Shown here: positions 53,983 through 64,000 of the stretch, in pieces | Layout of the letters: every line of letters begins with the position of its first letter | Position numbering within the stretch: position 1 is the stretch's first letter | Assembly: GCA_003487665.1 (NCBI GenBank) | Contig: DNFA01000015.1 | Location: forward strand, 38,607-102,606 | Source of the DNA: Oscillibacter sp. | GTDB taxonomy: Bacteria; Bacillota; Clostridia; Oscillospirales; Oscillospiraceae | DNA length: 64,000 bases | Direction of reading: 5' to 3' | Translations under genes and position numbers: made by a program | Notes under the pieces: generated by a model | Databases searched by the model: none | What the model was told of the DNA's origin: nothing | Seen by the model: the letters and a program-made list of their open reading frames with translations, nothing else

Positions 53983-54507
53983 ATACGACAGGCTGCCGGT
54001 CACAGTCAGGTTTCCCTCGACGGTGACTTCGGGCGCAGAAATCGTCACGGAGCCGCCCTTGACTGTCAGGCGAGTTCCCTTGACATCGACGATGACCGCA
54101 TTTTGGGCGCAGGCATCCGCGACCACGGTGTTCCCTTTGGCGAACAGGCCGGGAATACAAATCGCGTTCGTCATGTCGAAGGCCAGATCCGTGCTGGTTT
54201 CCTGCCCGTACTGCCAGTAGTCGAGGCTCTGCTCGGCCACCACCAGAAGGCAGCTATCTCCGGGCTTGACCGGAAACGCAATCGTTGCGCCCTGTCCTGC
54301 CCCCTGCGGGAACACGACCGGAACGCCGGTGACTTGTGGGAAATCCATCGTCTTCCCGTCCGGTTTCTTGAACTTCATCGCGGGCTTGACCGTTGCGATG
54401 CCCTTTGCGGCGTCGAAGCTGACGATCCGCCCCGGCATGGCCGTATGGATGCCGCGAAGCCCACGTTGGACGGTGTTCTGAATCTCCTGCACAAACTCCT
54501 GCATCAT
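53980..54507 (-). CDS. Baseplate spike (Gp138 N-terminal OB-fold type)
   Basis: HTAMPGRIVSFD, VPVVFP, FPVKPGDSCL, AICIPG. Confidence 0.85.
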   Translation of the reverse strand: MMQEFVQEIQNTVQRGLRGIHTAMPGRIVSFDAAKGIATVKPAMKFKKPDGKTMDFPQVTGVPVVFPQGAGQGATIAFPVKPGDSCLLVVAEQSLDYWQYGQETSTDLAFDMTNAICIPGLFAKGNTVVADACAQNAVIVDVKGTRLTVKGGSVTISAPEVTVEGNLTVTGSLSY

Positions 54508-55370
54508 TACCCCTGCACCTCCATGAGCCGCGCCGTACACGTCCAGTCACCGGAGATATTGTCCCCGGCCTGCGTCAGCTTGGCGACGCGGAAATAACCC
54601 GTGACGGTCTTGCTCTCCAGCTTCACATAGTCGTCAATGTGGATGGCCCCGTTCAGGAAGAACTCGACCTCCCACCCGATGCTGGTCTTATCGCTCGTTT
54701 CGGAATTGGCCTCGGTGACGCGGGCAGGGATGCCCAGCAGCCCAGAGTCATCAGAGAGAACGAAGACCTCACGGCTCATGACATCCCCCGGCTTCTTGAC
54801 CTGCATGACGCCGTTCTGCAGACTCCACACGAGGCCGCAGCAGGCGCATCCCTTCGTCATAATATCGCGGGCGAGGCCGACGAAGCTGAAGCCGTTGGCG
54901 ATGTCGGCAAACTCAGCGTTGTACGAATACGTCACCGCCACACCCATCTGATTTGCCACATCGTCGAAGATGGTCTTCCAGTTCACCGTGCCCACATACG
55001 AAATCGTGACGTAGGTATCGCGGATCTCGACGAGGTTGTCTACCACCTCGATCTCCGTCTTGCGGTCTGCGCCGTCGTGGGTCGTGACGCAGTTTGTGAC
55101 GATGCCGGCGAAAATCAGCGGCATACGGCTTCCGTAGCCCGCCTTCAGGGACAGGACGCAGTCCTTTTCGTCCAGAGTGGCAAGGTGCTCCTTGTTCAAG
55201 TTCCAGACGGTCACGCGCCCCGTGTTCTGCGTTTCAAGGTCGGTGCGCTCAATGGAGAAATTGATGTGCAGCGGGACGGGCTGGCTCTTCGACTTCTCGC
55301 CGATCTCGAAACCCATGCCGCCGGCTTTACCTGCAGCCAAGCGATACTCTCTGTCGAAGTTCGCAGACAT
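54507..55370 (-). CDS. Baseplate hub protein
   Basis: VWNLN, LKAGY..LIFAG, WSLQNG, SGLLG.P. Confidence 0.8.
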   Translation of the reverse strand: MSANFDREYRLAAGKAGGMGFEIGEKSKSQPVPLHINFSIERTDLETQNTGRVTVWNLNKEHLATLDEKDCVLSLKAGYGSRMPLIFAGIVTNCVTTHDGADRKTEIEVVDNLVEIRDTYVTISYVGTVNWKTIFDDVANQMGVAVTYSYNAEFADIANGFSFVGLARDIMTKGCACCGLVWSLQNGVMQVKKPGDVMSREVFVLSDDSGLLGIPARVTEANSETSDKTSIGWEVEFFLNGAIHIDDYVKLESKTVTGYFRVAKLTQAGDNISGDWTCTARLMEVQG

Positions 55371-55482
55371 CAAAATCCCCCCTCTCGTTTTACAAACGAC
55401 TTTGCTCAAAAAGCAAAATCACGAAAAATAAGCAAAAAAACACGCTCGTGCGTTTGCAAAACGCACACCAAATATATTTACT

Positions 55483-55600
55483 GGTTAGGTTAGATTACGG
55501 TATAGGTTACGGTTACGGTTACGGTTACGGTTATGCGCGGACTGTCCTCGGATTTCATGTGTGACCATCCCACGGAGCGTCCGCGGACAGTCCGTAGGAC
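55483..55600. repeat. GGTTAC tandem hexamers plus a 15-bp inverted repeat
   Basis: (GGTTAC)4 GGTTAT at 55505-55534; CGGACTGTCCtCGGA / TCCGcGGACAGTCCG. Confidence 0.85.
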
Positions 55601-55615
55601 GGATAGAAAAGCGGG

Positions 55616-55936
55616 TCAGTCGCTATCTTCCGCAGGGCAGAATACGAAGCTGGCCTTCCCGTCGAGAAAATCATTCCTCCCGATGTGCTCCAGCTTGGTC
55701 ATCACACCGAAAACACCGCTCGGCAACGCGGTCACGCCGTAGAACAGGTTCACGGGGAACCTCGGCACAATCTTGATGCCGATGACGATAGGCTGACTCT
55801 GCGTGTCATAGAGGCCAAACTTCCAGAAGCCGCCGCGGTCGTTCCATGTGAACCGAATCAAATATGCCTTGCCGTTCAGAACGACGCGGCTCATGCTGTC
55901 ATTGAGGTCTGGGACTTCGATGATTGTATATTCCAT
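55616..55936 (-). CDS. Small baseplate protein
   Basis: L.GKAY..RFTWN.R..FW pattern; position in cluster. Confidence 0.7.
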   Translation of the reverse strand: MEYTIIEVPDLNDSMSRVVLNGKAYLIRFTWNDRGGFWKFGLYDTQSQPIVIGIKIVPRFPVNLFYGVTALPSGVFGVMTKLEHIGRNDFLDGKASFVFCPAEDSD

Positions 55937-55949
55937 CTCGTTTCCCTCC

Positions 55950-56561
55950 TCATGAAATCAGGCCGATTGACTTTGCGGCACCATAGAGGATGCTCGACTT
56001 GCTGTTGCCAGAGCTGCTACCAGAGCCGCTACCAGAGCCAGAACCCGAACCGGAGCCACCGGAGCCTGAGCGTCCGCTGCTCCCGTTGGACGTGTTGGCC
56101 GTGCCTGCAGAAGCGGCGGTCGCACCGCTCTTGCCGTAGCTGGCGGGGATGGTCGTCGTCCGCGCCGTCGTAATGCGAATCTTGCGGAACGAAATTGGGA
56201 TCTCTCGGGCGTAGCCTACCTCGGCGCTCTTGCTGATGGTCAGGTTCTCAATCGCCATGCTGGTGTAGGTGGCGTCGCTGGTGACGATTGTGACCGGCTC
56301 GGCGGCGTAGTACAGCTCCTCCAGCCGCTTCGTGACCTGCTCAACACGGCCGCGCCCGCTGTGGCTTCTCCATGTGACCGGAGTATCGGTGACATAGAGA
56401 ACCATGTTCAGCGTTTCGGCGCCGTGGATGATCGCGTCGCTGACGGAGAAGCCGCTCTCAACGGCATACTCAGGAACGGTAGCCTCGTAGCCATGCTCCT
56501 CGCTGATAAGCGCGTCGAACTCGATGCCTGCAATGGTGACAGGTCTTTTTGCTCTTGCCAT
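55950..56561 (-). CDS. Tail tube initiator/Dit-like baseplate protein
   Basis: FDALISEEH..YAVESG..VSD; GS-rich linker. Confidence 0.75.
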   Translation of the reverse strand: MARAKRPVTIAGIEFDALISEEHGYEATVPEYAVESGFSVSDAIIHGAETLNMVLYVTDTPVTWRSHSGRGRVEQVTKRLEELYYAAEPVTIVTSDATYTSMAIENLTISKSAEVGYAREIPISFRKIRITTARTTTIPASYGKSGATAASAGTANTSNGSSGRSGSGGSGSGSGSGSGSGSSSGNSKSSILYGAAKSIGLIS

Positions 56562-56570
56562 CTACGTCAC

Positions 56571-58913
56571 CTACCTTGCATACGCGAGGGCGCGGGCCAT
56601 CTCGCCCGTAGAGTCGCCTGCGGCCTTATCCATCGCCGCTGCGGACTTCTGCTGGCCGGCACGGTCGCCCTCGAACTTGTTGTTGATGTTCACGTTCTGC
56701 ACGACGCTCTTACTGACGCTGTTGCTGCCCATAGCCGTCCGCGCCGTGGTGGGGCTGGCTACGTTGGCCTGCGCCATGATGGACATATCGCCCGTCAGAG
56801 CGCCGAGCGCATCGCGTACCTTGGCCTTGCCCGCGCTGATGCCCTTGGTCATCAGGTCGATCATGTCGGGCATATAGGTGTGGAAGTCACTCAACGGGCC
56901 TTCATCCGGTTCGGAGAAGCCGAGGAAGCCCTTGATCTTGCTGGCGACGCCGGAGACTGCCTCTCCGACCTTACCGACCGCGCCCTTGATGCCCTCGACA
57001 ATGTTGTTGATGATGTCAGCACCCCACTGCAGGGCCTGAGCAGGCAGACTCTTGATCCAGTCGATAGCGGCGGTGAAGCCGGTCACGATGCTGTCCTTGA
57101 TGTTTCCAATCGTGCCGGTGATGCCCGACAGGATATTCGTAAACGCCGTCGTGATCGCCGTCCAGATGTTGGTGGCGACACCGGAGATGAACTCCCAGAT
57201 CGTCGAGAACACCGTGGAGATGGTCTCCCAGACGGCGGAAACCGCACCGGACACCGTCTCTTTGATGCCGTTCCACACGCTGGAGAAGAACGTGCTGATG
57301 CCTTCCCAGATGCTCGTGAAGAAGTTCCCAATCGACGTGAAGATGTTGACGAAGAAATCCTTGATGGCCGTCCAAATGCGAATGGCAAAGGCTTTGATTT
57401 TATCCCAGTTCTTGTAGAGCAGGATGCCTACGGCAATCAGGGCCATAATCGCCAGAATCACAAGGCCGACAGGGCTGGACACGAACGAGATCACCGCCGA
57501 GACGCCTTTCACGACCGAAGTGACCGTTCGCACCACGGCGATGACGGTCTTGACGGCGGCTACGACGCCTATGATGACGGCGATGATTTTTGCGATGGCC
57601 TCGCCGGCCTTCACCCACTTATCTGTGTCGATGTTACCGTTCGCAAGCTGGTCGGCAAGGTTTGCGAACTGTGGGGCGATTTTATCTATAATCTTGCCGA
57701 TAGCCTCGAACACCGTCTTTATGACGCTCCAGATGCCTTGAAAAATCGGGATCGCCACATTTTTGATGCCCTTCCATACGGCGGTCAGAATGGTCTTGAT
57801 GTTCTCCCAAATCTTGATGATGTTGGCGCGGAACTTATCCACGTCAACGCCCGCCCTTTCAAGCAGGCTTCCGAGCAGGGAGTTGTTGCCCTGCATGAAG
57901 TTGATGAAATCCTCCACCAGCAGAGCAATAATGATGATTTTTGCCGCCATCAAAAGAGCTTCTTTGTTGACTCCCTTTAGCCCCTTGATGATGGCTGCCA
58001 CACCACTTGTAATCTTGTCGAACTTGAACGCGAATAGTAGTGCGCCTGCCGCAATGGCCAGTAGTTTCAGCAGATTCCCAGATCCGCCGAGCTTGTCGTT
58101 GAGCCATACGACGGCATTTCGGACGCGGTTCATCACGCGCATGGCTGTATCGGAAAACTTCACCATCGCATTGGCGATAGTGTTCGTCACTCCAAGCGTA
58201 CTGTCCATCTGCGTCAGCCAGAGTCCCCATTGGCTTCGGATGACGGTCAAGGCGTCTGTGATTCTGTACTGTACGCCTCCAAACTTTTGCTCAATGGTGT
58301 TGGCATTGTCCACGAACGCAGCCTTCAGATCTGCGACCGTCATAGTTCTGGACGATGCCATCTCTTCCAGTTTATCGGAGGTCGTGCCGAGCTTCTTGTT
58401 GAGCAGTTCTACCGCTTCGGGTGAACGCTCCAAAAGCTGGCTGATTGTTTCGCTGTCAACATAGCCCTTGGCGAAGGACTTGTTAATTGCCTCCATAAGG
58501 CCGGCAATATCTTCATTCGTCTTACCGGCGGACTTAAACAGCATTGTTGCCGCATTATTGAACTTGACCGCTTCGTCGATGTTGCCAAACAGCTCTGGGC
58601 TTTCGTGCACGAGGTCGGAAATCACTCCTGCAGTTTCCGCATAGCTGCTTCGCGTTTGCCGAGCGGACTCCATGATTTTCTTCTGAATCTCAGCTTGGTC
58701 TCCGAGCGCGGCGGTTGAGTTCTTGACCTGTTCATTGACGCGCCCGAACTCTTCCACGAGGGCGTTGATCTTGGTCAGGCTGAACCCGATGCCGATTGCG
58801 CCGAGAAGTTTCGTCGCGGTGCTCTTGATGTCAGAGATTGTTCCGTTGACTTTTTTTACGTCGCCTTCGCGTACTTTGAAGCCAACCTCGTTGATAAACT
58901 TCACAATCGTCAT
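56571..58913 (-). CDS. Tape measure protein
   Basis: Tape-measure domain (ARQTRSSYAETA), Trp/Phe-spaced helical repeats, FS.PDEGPL. Confidence 0.92.
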   Translation of the reverse strand: MTIVKFINEVGFKVREGDVKKVNGTISDIKSTATKLLGAIGIGFSLTKINALVEEFGRVNEQVKNSTAALGDQAEIQKKIMESARQTRSSYAETAGVISDLVHESPELFGNIDEAVKFNNAATMLFKSAGKTNEDIAGLMEAINKSFAKGYVDSETISQLLERSPEAVELLNKKLGTTSDKLEEMASSRTMTVADLKAAFVDNANTIEQKFGGVQYRITDALTVIRSQWGLWLTQMDSTLGVTNTIANAMVKFSDTAMRVMNRVRNAVVWLNDKLGGSGNLLKLLAIAAGALLFAFKFDKITSGVAAIIKGLKGVNKEALLMAAKIIIIALLVEDFINFMQGNNSLLGSLLERAGVDVDKFRANIIKIWENIKTILTAVWKGIKNVAIPIFQGIWSVIKTVFEAIGKIIDKIAPQFANLADQLANGNIDTDKWVKAGEAIAKIIAVIIGVVAAVKTVIAVVRTVTSVVKGVSAVISFVSSPVGLVILAIMALIAVGILLYKNWDKIKAFAIRIWTAIKDFFVNIFTSIGNFFTSIWEGISTFFSSVWNGIKETVSGAVSAVWETISTVFSTIWEFISGVATNIWTAITTAFTNILSGITGTIGNIKDSIVTGFTAAIDWIKSLPAQALQWGADIINNIVEGIKGAVGKVGEAVSGVASKIKGFLGFSEPDEGPLSDFHTYMPDMIDLMTKGISAGKAKVRDALGALTGDMSIMAQANVASPTTARTAMGSNSVSKSVVQNVNINNKFEGDRAGQQKSAAAMDKAAGDSTGEMARALAYAR

Positions 58914-58955
58914 GAGCAATCGCCCTCCTTTCATGGCAGATTTTACCGCTCCGTG

Positions 58956-58984
58956 TTGACCGCACCGCTCAAAGCTGATAGAAT
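58956..58984 (+). promoter_or_regulatory. Moron promoter
   Basis: TTGACC-17-TAGAAT with TG extension. Confidence 0.7.
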
Positions 58985-59031
58985 ATCACTCATAAGCCGC
59001 AAGGCTATAATTCAGAGAGGAGCACACGATC

Positions 59032-59388
59032 ATGGCAAACACGGTTCTCGCCGGTGATTACAGCGGCCTGATTTCGTTCAAGGGCGACAAAAAAGGGCTT
59101 CTCATTACCGAGAACAAATTCTTCGGTGCGAAGAAGACCTTCATCAACAAGACTACCGTAGACCACTACGAGCTGGTCATGCAGGAGGGCAATTCCAGCA
59201 TGGGCAGCGGCGTGGCCCGCGGTGCTGTTGGCGCAGCACTCTTTGGCGGAATTGGCGCCATCGCTGGAGCTAACTCCGCCAAAAAGAACAGCGATTACAC
59301 TGTCTCGATCATCTTCAAAGACGGGACTAAGGCTTTGTGTTCTCTTGACGCCGACAACTACAAAGCCCTCGTCCGCATCATGTACTGA
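59032..59388 (+). CDS. Moron protein with a glycine-zipper membrane segment
   Basis: GAGGAG RBS; RGAVGAALFGGIGAIAGA; own promoter and terminator. Confidence 0.85.
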   Translation: MANTVLAGDYSGLISFKGDKKGLLITENKFFGAKKTFINKTTVDHYELVMQEGNSSMGSGVARGAVGAALFGGIGAIAGANSAKKNSDYTVSIIFKDGTKALCSLDADNYKALVRIMY

Positions 59389-59399
59389 GGTGCAAATGG

Positions 59400-59431
59400 A
59401 AAAGCTCGCTCCCACGCGGAGCGGGCTTTTT
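59400..59431. terminator. Bidirectional terminator
   Basis: AAAAGCTCGCTCC..GGAGCGGGCTTTTT. Confidence 0.75.
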
Positions 59432-59708
59432 ATCTGCCCATTTCAGCCTGCATCTCCTCGGCTTGGAACCGCTCGATGTCCCTGTCCATGCTATACAGCG
59501 CGTACAGCTTCAGAGCTTCGTCGAGGGTGTAGGCTTCGTCCAACTCGGACTTCGTGGCAATACCCGCTTTGATAAGCGAGTACATTCTCAGCTCAAGCTC
59601 GCTGAAGCGTTCGAAGTCGAAGTCTCCCCATTTTCGGATGTCGGAGTCCCCTTCCGTAGCTTGTCGATAAGGCTGCCAGATTGGATTCCGACTCTCTTGA
59701 AAAAACCC
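59430..59708 (-). CDS. Tail assembly chaperone extension (gpT-like), probably reached by -1 frameshift
   Basis: Open -1 frame after G GGT TTT; lies between the chaperone and the tape measure gene. Confidence 0.6.
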   Translation of the reverse strand, partial: GFFQESRNPIWQPYRQATEGDSDIRKWGDFDFERFSELELRMYSLIKAGIATKSELDEAYTLDEALKLYALYSMDRDIERFQAEEMQAEMGR

Positions 59709-60142
59709 TTGAAGTTCAGCTTGATAACTTCGTAGCACAGGATGAACATATCCTGCAGTTCGCCGCAGAACATCTCGTCGGCCAGATCCTTGTCGAGAAT
59801 GACGGTGTCACCGTCGGTGTCCTCGCCCTGAACGCTGATATTCTGCTGGTCGATCAGCAGGCGGCGCATCATGCGTTCGACCTTGTCACCAGAAATCGTA
59901 GAGAGTGCGCTGCTGATGGCAGGCATAGCCTCCTCGATGTCCATGTCCAGCGGGTTCGCTGCGGCGTCAGAGCCGCCGTCTCCCGTGTCGAGGCCGCCAA
60001 ACAGCGGGGCGATGCCCGCCAAAATTGGGGACAGCAAGGCGGCCAGTTCACCGCTGATGTTCGCCGCCGCAAAGGCGCCGAACGGGCGGATATAGAACGT
60101 GTTCTCCCCAATGACCTTCTCAATCGTCTGCATTCTTCTCAT
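59588..60142 (-). CDS. Tail assembly chaperone (gpG-like)
   Basis: Between tube and tape measure; VIKLNFKGFF motif. Confidence 0.8.
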   Translation of the reverse strand: MRRMQTIEKVIGENTFYIRPFGAFAAANISGELAALLSPILAGIAPLFGGLDTGDGGSDAAANPLDMDIEEAMPAISSALSTISGDKVERMMRRLLIDQQNISVQGEDTDGDTVILDKDLADEMFCGELQDMFILCYEVIKLNFKGFFKRVGIQSGSLIDKLRKGTPTSENGETSTSNASASLS

Positions 60143-60206
60143 AGTTCATAACCCCCTCGTTATGTACGGTAGAGGCCGCCCTTGACGGACGGCCTCTTTG
60201 TGTTGC

Positions 60207-60623
60207 TTACTCGGTCAGCTCGCCAGAGCCGGTGTGCAGCTCCCACTCGCGGTTGTTGGACTCTTTGCCGAAGCCGCGGGATGCGGGCTTGGCGGGCCAT
60301 GCCGCGTCGGAACTGAACACCATGCCGCCCTTCAGGTCTTTAATCAGGATCGGGAACATACCGTCGCCGGTCTGACGATCCTGCTTGAAGCGGTTCTGCA
60401 GGAAGCTGTTCGTCTCTGAGGTCTGCAGCACGGTCAGCTTCACGATGTAGGTATCATCAGGGCTGATACTGCGGACGATTTCGCCGTCGCAACCGACCTT
60501 CTTAGTGACACCGTCTCCATTCGGGTCGATGGTGATAAAGCTGTCGTCGGCGTAGCCGGCGACAATGTGGTTGCCGAGCGCAATCGTGACTTCTTTCGGG
60601 TTGTAGGTCTTGATCTTACCCAT
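60207..60623 (-). CDS. Tail tube protein (DUF3277-like)
   Basis: TYNPKEV, VGCDGE, LQTSETNSFL, REW. Confidence 0.85.
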   Translation of the reverse strand: MGKIKTYNPKEVTIALGNHIVAGYADDSFITIDPNGDGVTKKVGCDGEIVRSISPDDTYIVKLTVLQTSETNSFLQNRFKQDRQTGDGMFPILIKDLKGGMVFSSDAAWPAKPASRGFGKESNNREWELHTGSGELTE

Positions 60624-60641
60624 CTCTCAGTTCCTCCTTCC

Positions 60642-62939
<2,298 letters not shown>

Positions 62940-62943
<4 letters not shown>

Positions 62944-63500
62944 GGCGTATCACCTCCGTCGGTCGGCTTTGCGAGCGACAAGAAGCCCTCCTCGTCAATC
63001 ACCAGCCCGGAATCGTCCTTGATGCGCACCACGCCGACGGTGTCTGCGGACGCAATGGGGAAATTCGTAATGGGCGGGATCTCCTGCTGGGTCTTCCCCG
63101 CTGTTGCTGGGTCATCCTGCGGCGGGTCTTCGATGTCCGAAGCCCGCGCGCCGTCTGTCGGCACGAGGCAGAACTGATAGTTCAAGTGCGACAGCACCGT
63201 ATGATCCCACGGCTGGGCGGCAGTACACTCGTACCAGTCGCCCATGTAGTACAACAGGTCGCCCTTGATGCCGGTAGCTTCGCTGGCCGGTATCAGCACA
63301 TCGGTTCCGTGGCCTTCCAGATGTTTCATCTTGCGTTCGCCCTCAGGCAGCGCAAGCATCGCATCCGAACCCATCGGGTGGATATGCAGACTGGCAACAA
63401 AGTCCTCGTGGTCTGCGGTGATGTAACCGCGAATGTTCTGCGGCTCTTTGAACCGGCGTACCCAGTATTTCTTGTTGAACAACGTAATGTTCACGGTCAA
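62940..63500 (-). CDS. Head-tail connector/closure-like protein with a C-terminal extension
   Basis: LPEGER, GDLLYY.G.WYE; position. Confidence 0.6.
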
Positions 63501-63952
63501 TCACCTCGTTCCTTGATGACGAAGTCAACCGACTGCCTCATGTGGCCGGTGTCTATCAACGGCTGCTCGGACTTTTTCTTCTTGATGGTGGATGGCTTAT
63601 TCGCCACGAAACCGCCATCGACGATCTCCTGCTGCACAAGGCCCTTGCAGAAGACGCCCAAATCCTTTAGGGCCTTTTCGGTCGTGCCGCCCTCGGCCAG
63701 CGTCTTGTTGACCTGCTCACAGGCCGCTTTCAGTTCGGGCTCGTGGTTCTCGAAGCTCTGTCGCATGAACGGTCTGGCTGGGCTGTCAGAGGTGCCGAGT
63801 TCGTTGTACGCGGCCACGTCCGCAAGGGATGTGCCGTCTTCGTAGGTCTGGCCCTCTTGGAACCCGACCTGCACTTCAAGCCGGGAGAGCTTCTGCAGTT
63901 GCTCGAAATACCTTCTGCCCTCAGGCGTCAGGTCTGAAATGCTCAACGCCAT
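63497..63952 (-). CDS. Neck/tail-completion protein
   Basis: AAYNELGT..PARPFMR, N.PSTIKKKKS..PLIDTG. Confidence 0.75.
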   Translation of the reverse strand: MALSISDLTPEGRRYFEQLQKLSRLEVQVGFQEGQTYEDGTSLADVAAYNELGTSDSPARPFMRQSFENHEPELKAACEQVNKTLAEGGTTEKALKDLGVFCKGLVQQEIVDGGFVANKPSTIKKKKSEQPLIDTGHMRQSVDFVIKERGD

Positions 63953-64000
63953 TACGGTTCCTCCCTATCAACAGAGAGCGTCCCGTCCGGTTCCAGCTTC

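Noticed and set aside
55483..55534. Telomere-like repeat
   Set aside because: Only about five units, internal to an operon; kept only as an iteron-like candidate
56000..56070. CCAGAGC-type short repeats
   Set aside because: They simply encode a Gly-Ser linker

Overview
The window is part of a contractile-tailed (myovirus-like) phage or prophage, probably infecting a GC-rich Bacillota/Clostridia host. That host guess is inferred from AGGAGG ribosome-binding sites, sigma-A promoters and a CHAP/LysM endolysin. Almost all genes are on the minus strand. 38.3-64 kb holds the late genes: neck, sheath, tube, tail chaperone with a probable -1 frameshift, tape measure, baseplate, a modular fibre cluster and the lysis cassette. 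A complete diversity-generating retroelement (DGR) sits in the fibre cluster: avd 45327-45917, TR 45150-45277, RT 43702-44907, and the target gene 42400-43677 with an internal VR at 43055-43182 (12 of 14 TR/VR mismatches are at TR adenines). 1-37.9 kb is a long array of small early/accessory genes. It includes three orphan DNA methyltransferases, a MazF-like protein, dUTPase, HD and HAD hydrolases, a PAPS-reductase-like protein, a BRO protein, two HTH regulators, a frameshifted GIY-YIG gene and a plus-strand NucS-like nuclease. Less obvious structure: four promoters sharing a TAGGTAGGTA spacer; a candidate antisense sRNA over the BRO operon leader; a dispersed family of ~130-bp hairpin elements; alternating C-terminal and N-terminal motifs in consecutive fibre genes (possible docking chain); and an iteron-like GGTTAC locus inside the baseplate cluster. 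No integrase, terminase, capsid, tRNA, rRNA or CRISPR array was seen. All protein family calls come from motif recognition by eye, not database searches.
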